A DNA stretch of 64,000 nt from Octopus vulgaris. Lineage: Eukaryota. Each line of letters opens with the position of its first letter. Within the stretch, counting starts at the first letter, position 1. The notes below the pieces were generated by a model. That model was not told where the DNA came from. It did no database searches and worked only from the letters and a program-made list of their open reading frames with translations. Made by a program: the position numbers and the translations under genes. Positions 1-11,848 of this stretch are shown here, piece by piece. The stretch is from NCBI GenBank assembly GCA_951406725.2, contig OX597814.1:22754001-22818000 (forward strand). The letters are read 5' to 3'.

Positions 1-232
1 AAGGTGAAAATAGATCATTCCTATAGGGTATCCTTTCGACGAACGACTTCTCCTGATAAACGATTTGTACTAACAACACACTTGCTCCAAGGAACATAAA
101 CGGGCTGCTAGATACAATGCGATACCCATCAGCGTAATGCTATTTTCACGTTTGAGTGTGCATAAACGTAGAAGAATGGATGCGCACACCAATAGTTTGA
201 TTCTTGTACTAACAGTACATACACACACATAC

Positions 233-236
<4 letters not shown>

Positions 237-285
<49 letters not shown>

Positions 286-324
286 ATTAGAACATATGTC
301 AAAAGGAGACTTAATCATAATAAA

Positions 325-361
<37 letters not shown>
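237..361. repeat. Two (TA)n microsatellite tracts
   Basis: Pure TA runs at ~237-283 and ~326-361. Confidence 0.95.
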
Positions 362-366
<5 letters not shown>

Positions 367-1059
367 TGAAGACGAAAATTGAGGGATTTATACTTTATAT
401 AAAATTTTTTGATATAAGTAAAATAGTGTTTTTATATATATATAATATTTTGCTAAAATTGATTAAAAATCTGATTTTTCCGTATATATATATTTATTAA
501 TATATTGTACGATTCATTTCGTTCTTTCCACTCTTTCTTTCGCTCCCCCTCTCTCACATTTCTTGGCACTCCCTTCATTCTCACCTTCCATCCTCTTTCA
601 CTTCACTCTGTCCCTTTTCTTTTTTTCTTTCTTTCTCGTCCCTCCCTAATTCTTCTATCCCTCTGCCTCCACCTCTATTCTCTCCTTCCACGTGACCAGT
701 GTTCTACCAAGCCTGACCTTTCACTCTTGGTTCGACTACTATCCGTGCAACATCTATATTCTTTCCCATGCTTGTCATCTCTTATGTCCCTGTCGTGAGG
801 CTTCACTTCTACACACGCCAGCTTAATTTAATTCGTCCTGAGTGGAAAGACACCTGTTGCTTGCATTTGTATTTGTGTATCATTTCTCCGTTAAAATTAA
901 TATAAACAGCAGGTTGCAATATTTCACCAAATAACCTGCAGTTTATATTAATTTTGTGAATACACATTAGCAAATTGCTAAATCATTCACTAGTTTGGAT
1001 GACGAATACATATATACTACTAAAGAAACAGGTCTGGAAAAAGCCGAACACTGACCTGG

Positions 1060-1109
1060 CTTAACTGATGACAGCAACGGAAACTGCCGAATCTGACGTC
1101 AGTTTTAAG
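1060..1109 (+). ncRNA. Minimal type-I hammerhead-ribozyme-like motif (Penelope-like pLTR type), core mutated
   Basis: CTTAA (stem I) - CTGATGA - imperfect stem II CAGCA..TGCC - GAAT (canonical GAAA) - palindrome CTGACGTCAG (stem III) - TT - TTAAG (stem I complement). Confidence 0.55.
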
Positions 1110-1283
1110 AATCCCCGGACGGCATTTTTCGGACCATTATGGTCCCTGTTAGTGTATATGCTTTCATTCACATGAGTTCACTACAGCACTAGAGGATTTT
1201 AGTTCTTATTTCTAGCAATGTAGGCGTCATTTAACAACCTAATCATATTCAGTGGCAATTAAAATCCTCTCGCTTAAGTGACG

Positions 1284-1309
1284 TATATATATTTATATAT
1301 TTATGTGTG

Positions 1310-1350
<41 letters not shown>

Positions 1351-1435
1351 GTATACATATACATATATGCATACACACATATGTATGTATGTATGTATAC
1401 ATATATGTATATTTATATGTGTGTATGTACATATG
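1284..1435. repeat. Compound (TA)/(TATG)/(CA) microsatellite
   Basis: Direct reading. Confidence 0.9.
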
Positions 1436-1724
1436 ACTCACACACAATGATATAATTATGACTGATATTTGCAACTAGTTCTTTCAAACAAAAAATACTC
1501 CACCCTATAAGGAAAAGATAGGTATGCTTTTGGTTATATTGAGACCCATTATATTGCTAGTGGATAAGTTAATATTATACGAAACGTTAGATTTGATCGA
1601 CAAATTAACTCTAGTTCAGGTCTTTTTACTTTCGAATTAGTTTACGCTTTAGCATAAGGAGCAATCACCCCTTCTAATATAGTAGTCTATATAATACCAA
1701 ACTAACCAGACAGACTACTCTTAC

Positions 1725-1920
1725 TTCATATAGAACAGCAAATCCCAATGTAAATAGCGTGGTTCAAATCCAATTTCGGAATAATGACGAAAGATTGTCG
1801 AAGATAAAATGTTCTGCGTCCGAAAAATTCGATAAAATGCAAAATGCTCTTGTATATATTACACAGTGAACAACAAATATACGATAAATGCGACAACGCA
1901 TCATTTACTGCAAACAAAAC
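1725..1920 (-). other. Candidate exon (5'UTR or non-coding) of a leftward gene
   Basis: Minus strand: ttaatCAG|GTTTTG ... ATGAA|GTAAGA. 196 nt of unique sequence; an ATG lies 5 nt before the donor; no frame stays open across it. Confidence 0.3.
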
Positions 1921-3015
1921 CTGATTAATATTTTCCCAAGAGAAATATCAAAGGTTTAGTTTATACGGTTTTTTTTTCTTTTTTTCTTTCTTTTTTTTTG
2001 GACAATTATTTGTTATTTAGATATCTTTGAAAATGACCTCGGAGAATTACTGATATATGTCAAATCTGGGTGACAATGAAAACCGTTGAAATACTAAGCT
2101 AATAATAGCTAGTGATTAATAGAGGCAAAAATGTTTAGGCAAAAAAACGATAGATGAAACTATAAAGGAAATATATTTAGTATGAAACTTTTCATAAAAT
2201 ATATCAAAACGATTCTTGACAATAAAAATCTTTCTCAACATAAACAAATAAATAAATGCCAAAGCAGTCTATACAAATCTTTATTTATAGAACCAAGCCA
2301 CTATCGTTGTTTGAATGAATAGCATTTTTGATTATTTTTGTAGTGATCAAATAAACGAAAATTGGTATGTAATAACTTTTTGCTAATACTTTCATTAAAA
2401 TATAACCCTACTCAAAATGTAAATTTATAAACAATTTATACGCAACTACACAGAAATGAAATTTTGCATCGAGCAACATATAAAAGCTAATACCTTAGCT
2501 TGTTGAATGCTATACTTTTCTATCTCATAAAGCTGCGACAGTGGAATATAATACGTTTCTTTCATAATACATAATTCCTTTGAACTTCAGTCATCTACAT
2601 ATAATATTGCAAAAACTTCTGTATAAATTGAAAATCTATGAGGTTGATCTGATAAAATCAATGGAAACCCGGATGTAGGCCAGATATCTTAAAAGGTGAA
2701 ATATTTTGCCTGATTGATTACCCAGAGCATCAGCAGCAGTTAATGTATATCTTTTTGCAAATATGGCACTGGAATTCGTCTTAAAAGTCGTGATTTAAGA
2801 CAGATTAATGCAGATCTTGAAATCGATACAAGCCGATTATTATTAGAAATTCACTTTTCTGACGCTTCCTGCTATTAATTTTTTTCCTCGAGAAAACAAA
2901 TCGAAGCTGCTTTCCTAGAATATTCTAAAAGCATTGTAATCAGAGATACTGGTGAAAATATCTATCAAGGCATTTTTTTTTTTTCAGCTTTAATTTCAAT
3001 CTTCTTTGAAAATGG

Positions 3016-3190
3016 AAGGCGGTGAATTCGCAGAAACGGAAGAACGTAAGAATAAATGCGTGACGATATGCAATTTTGTTATATATTCTGAATTAAAACG
3101 CTTCTAGTGTCGAATTTGCCTTTCAATAATTTCGATTTAGATTTATAGCATAAGTACCAGTCATACCCAGGAAGAATTTATCAACAAAGC
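3016..3190 (+). mobile_element. Degenerate SINE family B
   Basis: aaggcggtgaattcgcagaaacg ... tttgcctttca ... taagtaccag aligns by eye to the copy at 6995. Confidence 0.55.
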
Positions 3191-3233
3191 TACAATATAT
3201 GTATTATATATATATATATACGTATATATATCA

Positions 3234-3378
3234 TAGGCGCAGGAGCGGCTGTGTGGTAGGTTTCTTGCTTACGAACCACATAGTTCCGGGTTCAGTCCTA
3301 CTCGGGCAAGTGTCTCCTGTTATAGCCTCGGGCCTACCAAAGCCCTGTGAGTGGATTTGGTTGACAGAAACTGAAAGA
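3234..3378 (+). mobile_element. SINE family A, 5' half (tRNA-derived head)
   Basis: ggcgcaggagcggctgtgtggtag (A box), gggttcagtcc (B box); matches the copy at 41004. Confidence 0.85.
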
Positions 3379-3418
<40 letters not shown>

Positions 3419-3427
3419 ATTTCAAGC

Positions 3428-3506
<79 letters not shown>

Positions 3507-3756
3507 CAAATTAGTCGTATATATATATATCTATATATATATATCTATATATATATAGAAATAAATCAAAACGACAGCTGTTTCGCAGTAGGAAGTCATA
3601 CCTCATTTAACCTATAAGCCATAGGCAGGTATAATAGGCTTAAAGATACCTCTTCAGAAATTAAATTAAATTTGTTATAATAGTGAAAATATTATATAAT
3701 CATATACATAAAATAAAAATATGTAAATATAAAACTATACATCATAATGCTACACT

Positions 3757-3841
<85 letters not shown>
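3379..3841. repeat. (TA)n and (TCTA)n microsatellite tracts
   Basis: Tracts at 3379-3556 and 3759-3841. Confidence 0.9.
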
Positions 3842-4635
3842 AAGCACGTTAGCAGATCTTTAAATTCTTTAACAATTATATTACCCTACCGAATTATTTT
3901 GGTAGTCACTGTAATGAAAGTGTAGGGGATTTTTAGAATGGTGTAACTCCGAACGCTTGCAATTTTTCTTTAACTAGACTGCTATTGCTTATGGAAAGTC
4001 TATGAATAGTACACATCCTTAAGTTTTGAATTTAGAATTCTTGTGCATGGAATACTACAAGTTTATTTAAATATTCCATTGTTGGATAATGTTTTAAATC
4101 TCTGAATTCTAACCCCAATATTTATCGGATTTGCAGAAGTCATTCTGTATGTTTATCATAGAAATAAGTTATTTTATCTAACAAATACCTTTCCTATGAG
4201 ATTTCCTCACGTTGTTTAAAATTTGAAATAAGCGAAAGCATTAATTCAAACAATTCTTCTGCAAATTTCTTCAGAGGCAAGTTCTTTACTTTTATCTATT
4301 TCTATGATGGTAATATGTGAATTATTGGAAATTTATTAATGATTCGCTGCAGAAAATATGAATTTAACGAACACTTTTTGTGAAAATATTTATTAAAAAA
4401 ACACGTTTTTATTTGTAAGAATATTTGTAATCTTATCTAAAACTTCAATATCCATTAATAGCAAAAAAAAATGGTTCGACTATTTGAATATTTAACGCTT
4501 GCTTCCATTCTGGTGTTGCGAATGTCATACCAGTAACGTGCACAAGTATAATCCATCATAAAATTTAACAACCCTACCTGACTTTGAGGTAAGCATCCTA
4601 AAATATTCACACATAATATACCCGCACACAATAGC

Positions 4636-5016
4636 GTCACACACACACATTTTGTGCATACACAAACATATGACTGACTGCCTCTTACATACACATACAC
4701 ACACACATACACGCACACAAACACACGCTCATGCCTACCAAATACACACGAACACACGCACACACGCACACACACGCTACTTGCACACTGCATACACGCA
4801 CACATTAGCTACTACACACACGCGTCTGCACACACACACACACACACAGGCGCACCTGCACACACACATGCACCTGCACACACACATGCGCCTGCACATA
4901 CACACGCACTTGCACACAAACACATGTGCCTGCTCACACACAGGCATGCGGTCGTTCATACGCACACATATACACAAGCACACATTATCATCACACACCT
5001 ACACACATGCTCGTGC
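4636..5016. repeat. Degenerate (CA)n-rich tract with cacctgcacacacacatg sub-repeats
   Basis: Direct reading; source of the HT/VC pseudo-ORFs. Confidence 0.9.
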
Positions 5017-5139
5017 ACTTAAAACTTAGTCAGGTCTCTGTTCTATCCTTTGCCATCCACGCCGGCAATCACTTCGTCCCGGTTAGTTCAAAATGTAGGA
5101 CCGTTTATTCAGAAACGTTGTGTTTTTCCAATTTTTCTT

Positions 5140-5280
5140 TTTGTATACTTTTTTCTTTTTTCATTTCTTTCCGTAGAAGAGCGTAGGCTCGAAACATCAA
5201 ATAGTTCTCACACCTGTCCTGAGTGTCAAACTAATACACTGTGTTTTTTTCTTTCACCTGCCTTTATTTTTGTATATATT
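5140..5280 (+). mobile_element. Short non-autonomous Penelope-like repeat with hammerhead-like motif (5167-5202)
   Basis: CTTT-CCGTAGA-A-GAGC-GTAG-GCTC-GAAAC-A-TC-AAA; the downstream cctgag..actaatac..cacctg is homologous to the minus-strand copy at 27917-28100. Confidence 0.55.
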
Positions 5281-5377
5281 TTCAACCATATATATGTGTG
5301 TGTGTTTATGTATGCGCGCGTGTGTGTGTGTGTGTCTGTCTGTACGTATATATATATATATATATATATACCACCTG

Positions 5378-5409
<32 letters not shown>

Positions 5410-5487
5410 CACACACGCATACATACATAAATACACACACACACATATATGGTTGAAAATATATACAATGTATATATATATAGTTAG

Positions 5488-5606
<119 letters not shown>

Positions 5607-5896
5607 TGTATGTATGTCTTCTATATTTAATTACTTAAATTCGTGTTCTGAAGATGGAACAGGGTTTTGACAAAGATGCAAACCTTCATCTTTGGAATGT
5701 AGATAACGAAAACAATGTCACATTTGAAACCCGAGATAAGTCTTGCATAGTATTACTTTTCTGCTTATATATAGCATTCGTAATGTTCGAATCGGTTGAT
5801 TTTTTTTTTTTTACCTGTAAATCCAAGCTTGTCCAGACTGACAGTTATGCATTTGCTTACAAAACCAAGTGTTCCAATTATTACTGGTATAAAAGT

Positions 5897-6114
5897 AAGG
5901 CTGTGAACTGGCAGAATCGTTACCACGCTCGACAAAATGCTTAGCGGTATTTCGCCTGTCGGTATGTTCTGAGTTCAAATTCCGCTGAGGTCGACTTTGC
6001 CTTTCATCCTTTCGAGGTCGATAAATTAAGTACCAGTGATACACTGGGGTCGATGTAATCGGCAAGTCCTCTCACCCAAATTTCAGGCTTTGTGCCTATA
6101 GTAGAAAGGATTAT
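5897..6114 (+). mobile_element. SINE family B (Meta-domain-like core)
   Basis: gagttcaaattcc B box; core gcctttcatcctttcgaggtcgataaattaagtacc; flanked by an imperfect direct repeat attactggtataaa/attattggtataaa (TSD). Confidence 0.9.
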
Positions 6115-6189
6115 TGGTATAAATGTAAATTTGAAATTCCGGTATAGAAACTGGACGTTTCGAAGCAGTTGTCCATAATTACCTTCTTT

Positions 6190-6960
6190 CTCTTTGATTT
6201 TCAAAGAGATATTCACATCTGTCCGAAACAACGATATCCAGCCTTTAGGCTAACACTTGACTAATATTTTAATGTTTTGAAGGGAATGTTCTACCAGTAT
6301 TCCTTGTGTTGGTATTTGTATACGTATTCAGTAACAGGGGGAATTCTCTAGAATTATTCCGAGTCAATTTTTTTTCCGAATAACATTGAATACTGTTATT
6401 GCGGCAACTTCTTGTGGCATAGGGAGGAGACATTTTTAGGCAGCTGGTAATCGCACGTGACGTCTTCCACAGAAATGTAACATAATTTACATTTTCGGTT
6501 GCATCTCGGAACTCCAAGGGCTTTAGTGTCTCTTGTTGATTAGGTATTTAGTAGCAATCTTCTGTTCTTAGATTGGAAATCCATAGCCTTCGAAGTGTGA
6601 GGCGATGAAGCGGTCACGAATCCAAGAGAGGCTTCGCTTCGTGTCAATGTTACTATCTTTCTCAAGTCTATGAGATACATACTCCCGCATGGTCTTTTTT
6701 GGTATGCTGAGCGTTTTACCACCAGGTCTTCTTTGAGACATGTTTGTCCAGCTGATTAGGGGTTGTATGGGAGGTCATCAAGAAGAGAGTACTTTATGAG
6801 GCGCTCACTTCCAAAACGTAGTATATTGTTTTCCCTTTTCAGCACTTAGTTAATATATTCCTTTTTGCTGTTTATGTTTAGCAAGTGCTGTCTGAGTGAG
6901 ACTATGCAACATTCAAAGGCCGTCTGCACTGGTCTCAAGCCCCTACCTCTTTTATCTCTC
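6190..6960 (-). mobile_element. R4/Dong-type non-LTR retrotransposon fragment (post-RT region and CCHC zinc knuckle)
   Basis: Minus translation with stops and shifts: IDTKRSLSWIRDRFIASHFEGYGFPI*EQKIATKYLINKR ... RKCKLCYISVEDV .. ITSCLKMS, matching the R4 pattern ID...S..W....EG....QEQ.I.TK...CRLC....E...HI...C. Confidence 0.7.
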
Positions 6961-6994
6961 CTTAGGTAGAGCCTATCAATATCACACTTTTTGT

Positions 6995-7417
6995 AAGGCG
7001 GCGAGCTGGCAGAAACGTTAGCACGCCGGGCGAAATGCTTAGCGGTATTTCGTCTGCGTTACGTTGTGAGTTCAAATTCCGCCGAGGTCGACTTTGCCTT
7101 TCATCCTTTCGGGGTCGATTAAATTAAGTACCAGTTACGCACTGGGGTCGATGATATAATCGACTTAATACCTATGTCTGTCCTTGCTTGTCCTCTCTGT
7201 GTTTAGCCCCTTGTGGGTAGTAAAGAAATAGGTATTTCGGCTGCCGTTATGTTCTGAGTTCAAATTCCGCCGAGGTCGACTTTGCCTTTCATCCTTTCGG
7301 GGTCGATAAATTAAGTACCAGTTACGCACAGAGGTCGATGTAATCGACTTAATCCGTTTATCTGTCTTTGTTTGTGCCCCTCTATGTTTAGCTCCTTGTG
7401 GGCAATAAAGAAATAAA
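6995..7417 (+). mobile_element. SINE family B, full copy plus tandem 5'-truncated second copy
   Basis: Unit 1 ~6995-7230, unit 2 ~7231-7417; flanking aatatcacactttttgt / aatatcactgtttttgt is a probable TSD; CpGs are retained. Confidence 0.92.
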
Positions 7418-7580
7418 TATCACTGTTTTTGTGAAAATTTCCAATTGATGTTAGAATGTTGTGAGTTTTAATCCCTATAGAGTGGATTTCTTCTACAGAC
7501 CAGTCAAGTATCCGGAATGTTGGAAACAACACTGGTACTTCAAATACGTACGTATGTGTGCATTTGTGTGTGTATGCATG

Positions 7581-7612
<32 letters not shown>

Positions 7613-8339
7613 TGTATGTATGTATCAATATATTTTATAGAGATTGCACAGAGTATAGTTTCCATCAATTGTGCTTTTTTTCTCACCACTCTAGTTTCAT
7701 ACCACTGCGATTTTCAGTCGACAAATTATGTTTCTTTTGTTCGTGCTCATTTATTTTACATTAGATTGGTGGGTGTTTATCGTTGTCATTTGTTGTATTC
7801 TAATATCATTTTGTGTTGTTATTATGGTATGGGGTAGTTATTGTCAGTGGTTCTCGTTTTTGTTTGGTTGGCTTCCGATATTTAGTCATTTGCTTTTAAT
7901 ATGGTTTTCCTCGTTTATTTGCTATTGGCTGTTTAAAGTATTTTATTGGTCAGCTTTGTTTTTCGTTATCAATGGATTGTTTTATTGTTTTTGTTCTTTT
8001 TTGGCTTTCAGAATGAGAATGTTTGTTCGATTTCTGATATCCTGTTTTCTGTTTCATTTTGTTTGTTTTATATACTGTGTACTTGTTTTATTGCTGCTTT
8101 AAATTAAAGTTATTATTCTGAGATTGATTCGTGTTCTTTTTAGCCATGGTTTGTTGCTTTTTGGTGATGGTGTTTTTAATTACCCACTTACCTAGTTTAA
8201 TTCAGGTGTTCCTACATATACGCATATGTATATATACATGTACAAACTCAAAAGTAAATACAAAAGCACACAGTTCTGAATTCCAACATCGAGTTCGAAG
8301 TATGTCAGTCAGTAATCTTTGTACTATACATACAAGATG

Positions 8340-8960
8340 TTCAGGTTAGATGGGAAGACTTCTTATGCTTCCTTTTTGTCAGGAATAGCTTGATGTATTG
8401 CTGAACACACAACAGCTTTGGAGAGCATAAAGATTACAGACGTAGTTGAGAAAAAGGTAGGTAACAATGTAGATTGGAAGTATCTAAGTACTGGAATTAA
8501 TTCACGCCGGATGTGAGAACGCCGACATCATGATTGCTGCTCAATGCTCTGTGAACACTATAACAGGCAGTAAGACGCATGGATAGCTTCAGCGGAAACT
8601 ATGAAGATGTGACCAACAGGAAAGGACACTGCAAGCGCTCTGACTGCTTCCGCACAACGAGGTTCTATAGACAGCTGCAGGACAAGATGATGGAAGATTC
8701 GAGCAAGAGATTCTGGACTTTGACAAGAGAAACTAGTGTTGGAGTCGCCACCATGAAGCTGGACCTGAAAGAGGACTTCTCGTACAAGAGGCGCAAGGGA
8801 TAAATCCAGACGGCCGAGGCCATGGAGAACCGCCTAACGATGGCAAAGAAGCTCCTGAACAAGCTGGTCGAGCCGGGACGATCTGGTTCGTCTCAGATGC
8901 AAGAAGCTTCTTCCAGGACCAGTTGCAAGAAGCAAGAAGATTCTTCCAGGCAAGTCACCA
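8340..8960 (+). mobile_element. Decayed IS630-Tc1-mariner (maT/DD37D-like) transposase N-terminal fragment
   Basis: KEDFSYKRRKG*IQTAEAMENRLTMAKKLLNKL ... IWFVSD, resembling the linker and first catalytic Asp motif (IWFSDEK). Confidence 0.65.
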
Positions 8961-8972
8961 GATGTTTGGGGT

Positions 8973-9178
8973 GTTGTGGTTTCTATTCCTGGACCGGGCG
9001 ACGCGTTGTGTACTTGAGCAAAACACTTCATTTCACGTTGCTCCAGTCCACTCAGCTGGCAAAAATGAGTAACGCTGCGATGGACTGGCGTCTCGCCCAG
9101 CTGGGGAACATATACGCCATTGAAACCGAGGAACCGGGCCCATGAGCCTGGCTAGGCTTTAAAAGGGCGCATTTATTT
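8973..9178 (+). mobile_element. SINE family C variant (V-domain-like core), 5'-truncated
   Basis: gcgatggactggcgtctcgcccagctgggg core; 3' end gggcccatgagcctggctaggcttt shared with the copy at 47147. Confidence 0.8.
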
Positions 9179-9952
9179 TATATATTATACAAACGAAACA
9201 CAGGTACATACACACACTCACGAACAAATAATTTCCCAACTACAAAAAAAAAACAAAGGAAATCGCGAATAACAGGATGTGTTACTTTTGAATTGTGACT
9301 ATGAACTATGTTTCACTTATACGAAACGGAAACAACTTCAGTAAAACAATTTCCAAAGACCTGGAGAGAATACAAAACAACTAAACTTGCGTAAGATAAA
9401 CTGGATGTGGGAAACACACTGATTGTCTCAAAACCACAAGAAAGCAAAATAACAGTTCATAAGTATATCTGCATACGTACATGTATGTGTATGTGTGAGT
9501 GCGTGTCTGTCCTTGTGTGTGTGTGTGTGCGTGTGTGTGTATGTGTGTGTATGTGTGTGCACGCGTGTAAATACCGAATATGGCGCTGTGATGACCATAG
9601 CTGAAAGGAGGATTCAAAATCCGTATTACATAGGTTATTTATGTTTATTAATAGTAAATGTTTCTAGCGAGCTCATTCGTTACACAGGTCTTGTTGATTG
9701 AATGACAACTCAAATCTTCAAGGGTCGATGTGTATGCGTACGCATAAGACTGTCAATTGGGCTCGTTCTCTGTCTGTCTCTCTAGCTATCTCTCTCTCTC
9801 TCTATCTATCTTTCTCTCTCTCTCTCTCTCTCTCTCTATCTACCTAAACACACACACACACATATATTATATAGGTAGTTAAGGTAAACCCCAGCTCTTT
9901 CCTCTTGAAGAGTATCTGTTTATTTATTCCATTGTTACACTCAATACGTATA

Positions 9953-10519
9953 CAGTTGCGTCGGAAATTAATTAGCACTTCTCAAATTTCTACATTTTCT
10001 TACATTTTCTTAATTTAATTAACTTATTATCAGAAACGAATTCGTTTTTAATCAAAAATTTATTAAAAAATATCCCAGCACACCACATAATTGTTATTAA
10101 TCGTGAAATTTAGTCAATATCTTGTTGCACCTCCTTTGGCAGCAATGACAGCTGCTACCCGGGTCGGCTTGCTGTCTATGAGTGCCTGCAGGTACTGTGC
10201 AGGGATGGCCCCTCATGCAGCAAGAAGTGCCCCAAACAGCTCGTGTCGGTTCCTGTATTGCTGCACATTCAAATCCCTACCCAATCGACTCCAGAGGTTC
10301 TCAATAGGGTTCAGATCAGGTGACTGGCCAGCACGTACTCCTCGCCACCAAAGAGGTATCCCGTACTATCTCAACGTACTTTGCTGCGTTGATGTTGCCT
10401 TCGACGGCATAGAGCCGCCCAACACCACTGTAGCTGAACGCCCCTCACACCATCAGACCACCCCCACCATGCTTCATGGTGAGCAAATCAAGGGTACTAA
10501 TTAATTTCTGACGGTAGTG
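9953..10519 (-). mobile_element. Internally deleted Tc1 transposon
   Basis: ~28-bp imperfect TIRs (cagttgcgtcggaaatttaattagcac / ggtactaattaatttctgacggtagtg), TA on both sides; minus strand encodes KHGGGGLMV and QSPDLNPIENLW. Confidence 0.88.
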
Positions 10520-10572
10520 TACATTGTTACTGTTATATGTAAATCAAAGCAGATATTCAAATTGAGGAATAT

Positions 10573-10795
10573 TCTTTTATTCTTTTACTCTTTTACTTGT
10601 TTCAGTCATTTGACTGAGGCCATACTGGAGCACCGCCTTTAGTGGAGCAAATCGACCCCAGGACTTATTCTTTGTAAGTCTAGTACTTATTCTATCGGTC
10701 ACTCTTGCCGAACTGCTAAGTTACGGGGACGTAAACACACCAGCATCGGTTGTCAACCGATGTTGGGGGGACAAACACAGACACACAAACACTCG

Positions 10796-10849
<54 letters not shown>

Positions 10850-11013
10850 CACGACGGGCTTCTTTTCAGTTTCCGTCTATCAAATCCACTCACAATGCTT
10901 TGGTCGGCCCGAGGCTATAGTAGAAGACACTTGCCCAAGGTGCCACGCTGTGGGATGAACCCGGAACCATGTGGTTGGTAAGCAAGCTACTTACCACACC
11001 GCCACTCCTGCGC
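10573..11013 (-). mobile_element. SINE family A, full length
   Basis: Reverse complement of the 41004-41411 copy, with internal (TA)/(CA) tract and (TAAAAGAG)n tail. Confidence 0.95.
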
Positions 11014-11368
11014 TTGGAAATATGGAAATTTGCAGAGTGGTTGAATAAACGAAACAGAAAAATAGAAACTTTTTGGTCGTTTATTCGTCATGACTCTTGT
11101 TTCATTTTCTTATAGGAAATTTTAAAAATTTACATGTTATGTGGACATGTAAGGAATTTTCCATTAGAGAAATCTCCAGACAAAAGTTTTTATTATACAA
11201 AAAGTAAAATAATTTTTTTTTTATAATACAACAATTAAAGATTTTTCTGACTGATGATTTTTGTAACAGAACATCCTTACTTGACCATATAACATCTAAA
11301 TTGTAGCAACACTTAGAAAATAAAACACGTATAATGGAGAATAAATTTCCATTTTCATGTTTTGTTTA

Positions 11369-11374
<6 letters not shown>

Positions 11375-11417
<43 letters not shown>

Positions 11418-11423
11418 TTATAA

Positions 11424-11485
<62 letters not shown>

Positions 11486-11621
11486 TTATATGTGTATATG
11501 TATGATGTATGTATGTATAAAAGCATACACACACACACTCATATATATACAGTGCTTTGTGTCAGTTAAAGTCTACTGCTTATGTGTGGAAGTACAAACA
11601 CAAATTTACATACACATTCAC

Positions 11622-11669
<48 letters not shown>

Positions 11670-11682
11670 ATATGTATGTATG

Positions 11683-11746
<64 letters not shown>

Positions 11747-11762
11747 TAAAGAGAGAGAGAGA
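11375..11762. repeat. Compound (TA)/(TATG)/(GA) microsatellites
   Basis: Direct reading. Confidence 0.92.
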
Positions 11763-11848
11763 GAAATTCACTCTTTTGCAGTCGCATGAAGTCAAATACT
11801 TAAGCATACTCACACGCGCGCGCGCGTGTATATGTATATATTGAGATA

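Noticed and set aside
5645-5800. CTGAAGA..GAACA/TGTTC-GAATCGGTT long-stem-II hammerhead
   Set aside because: GAAA is mutated and stem I does not pair; at most a decayed Penelope pLTR
7728-8180. Hydrophobic 124-aa ORF in a T-rich tract
   Set aside because: Low-complexity, strand-biased sequence gives F/L/V/C-rich translations by composition alone
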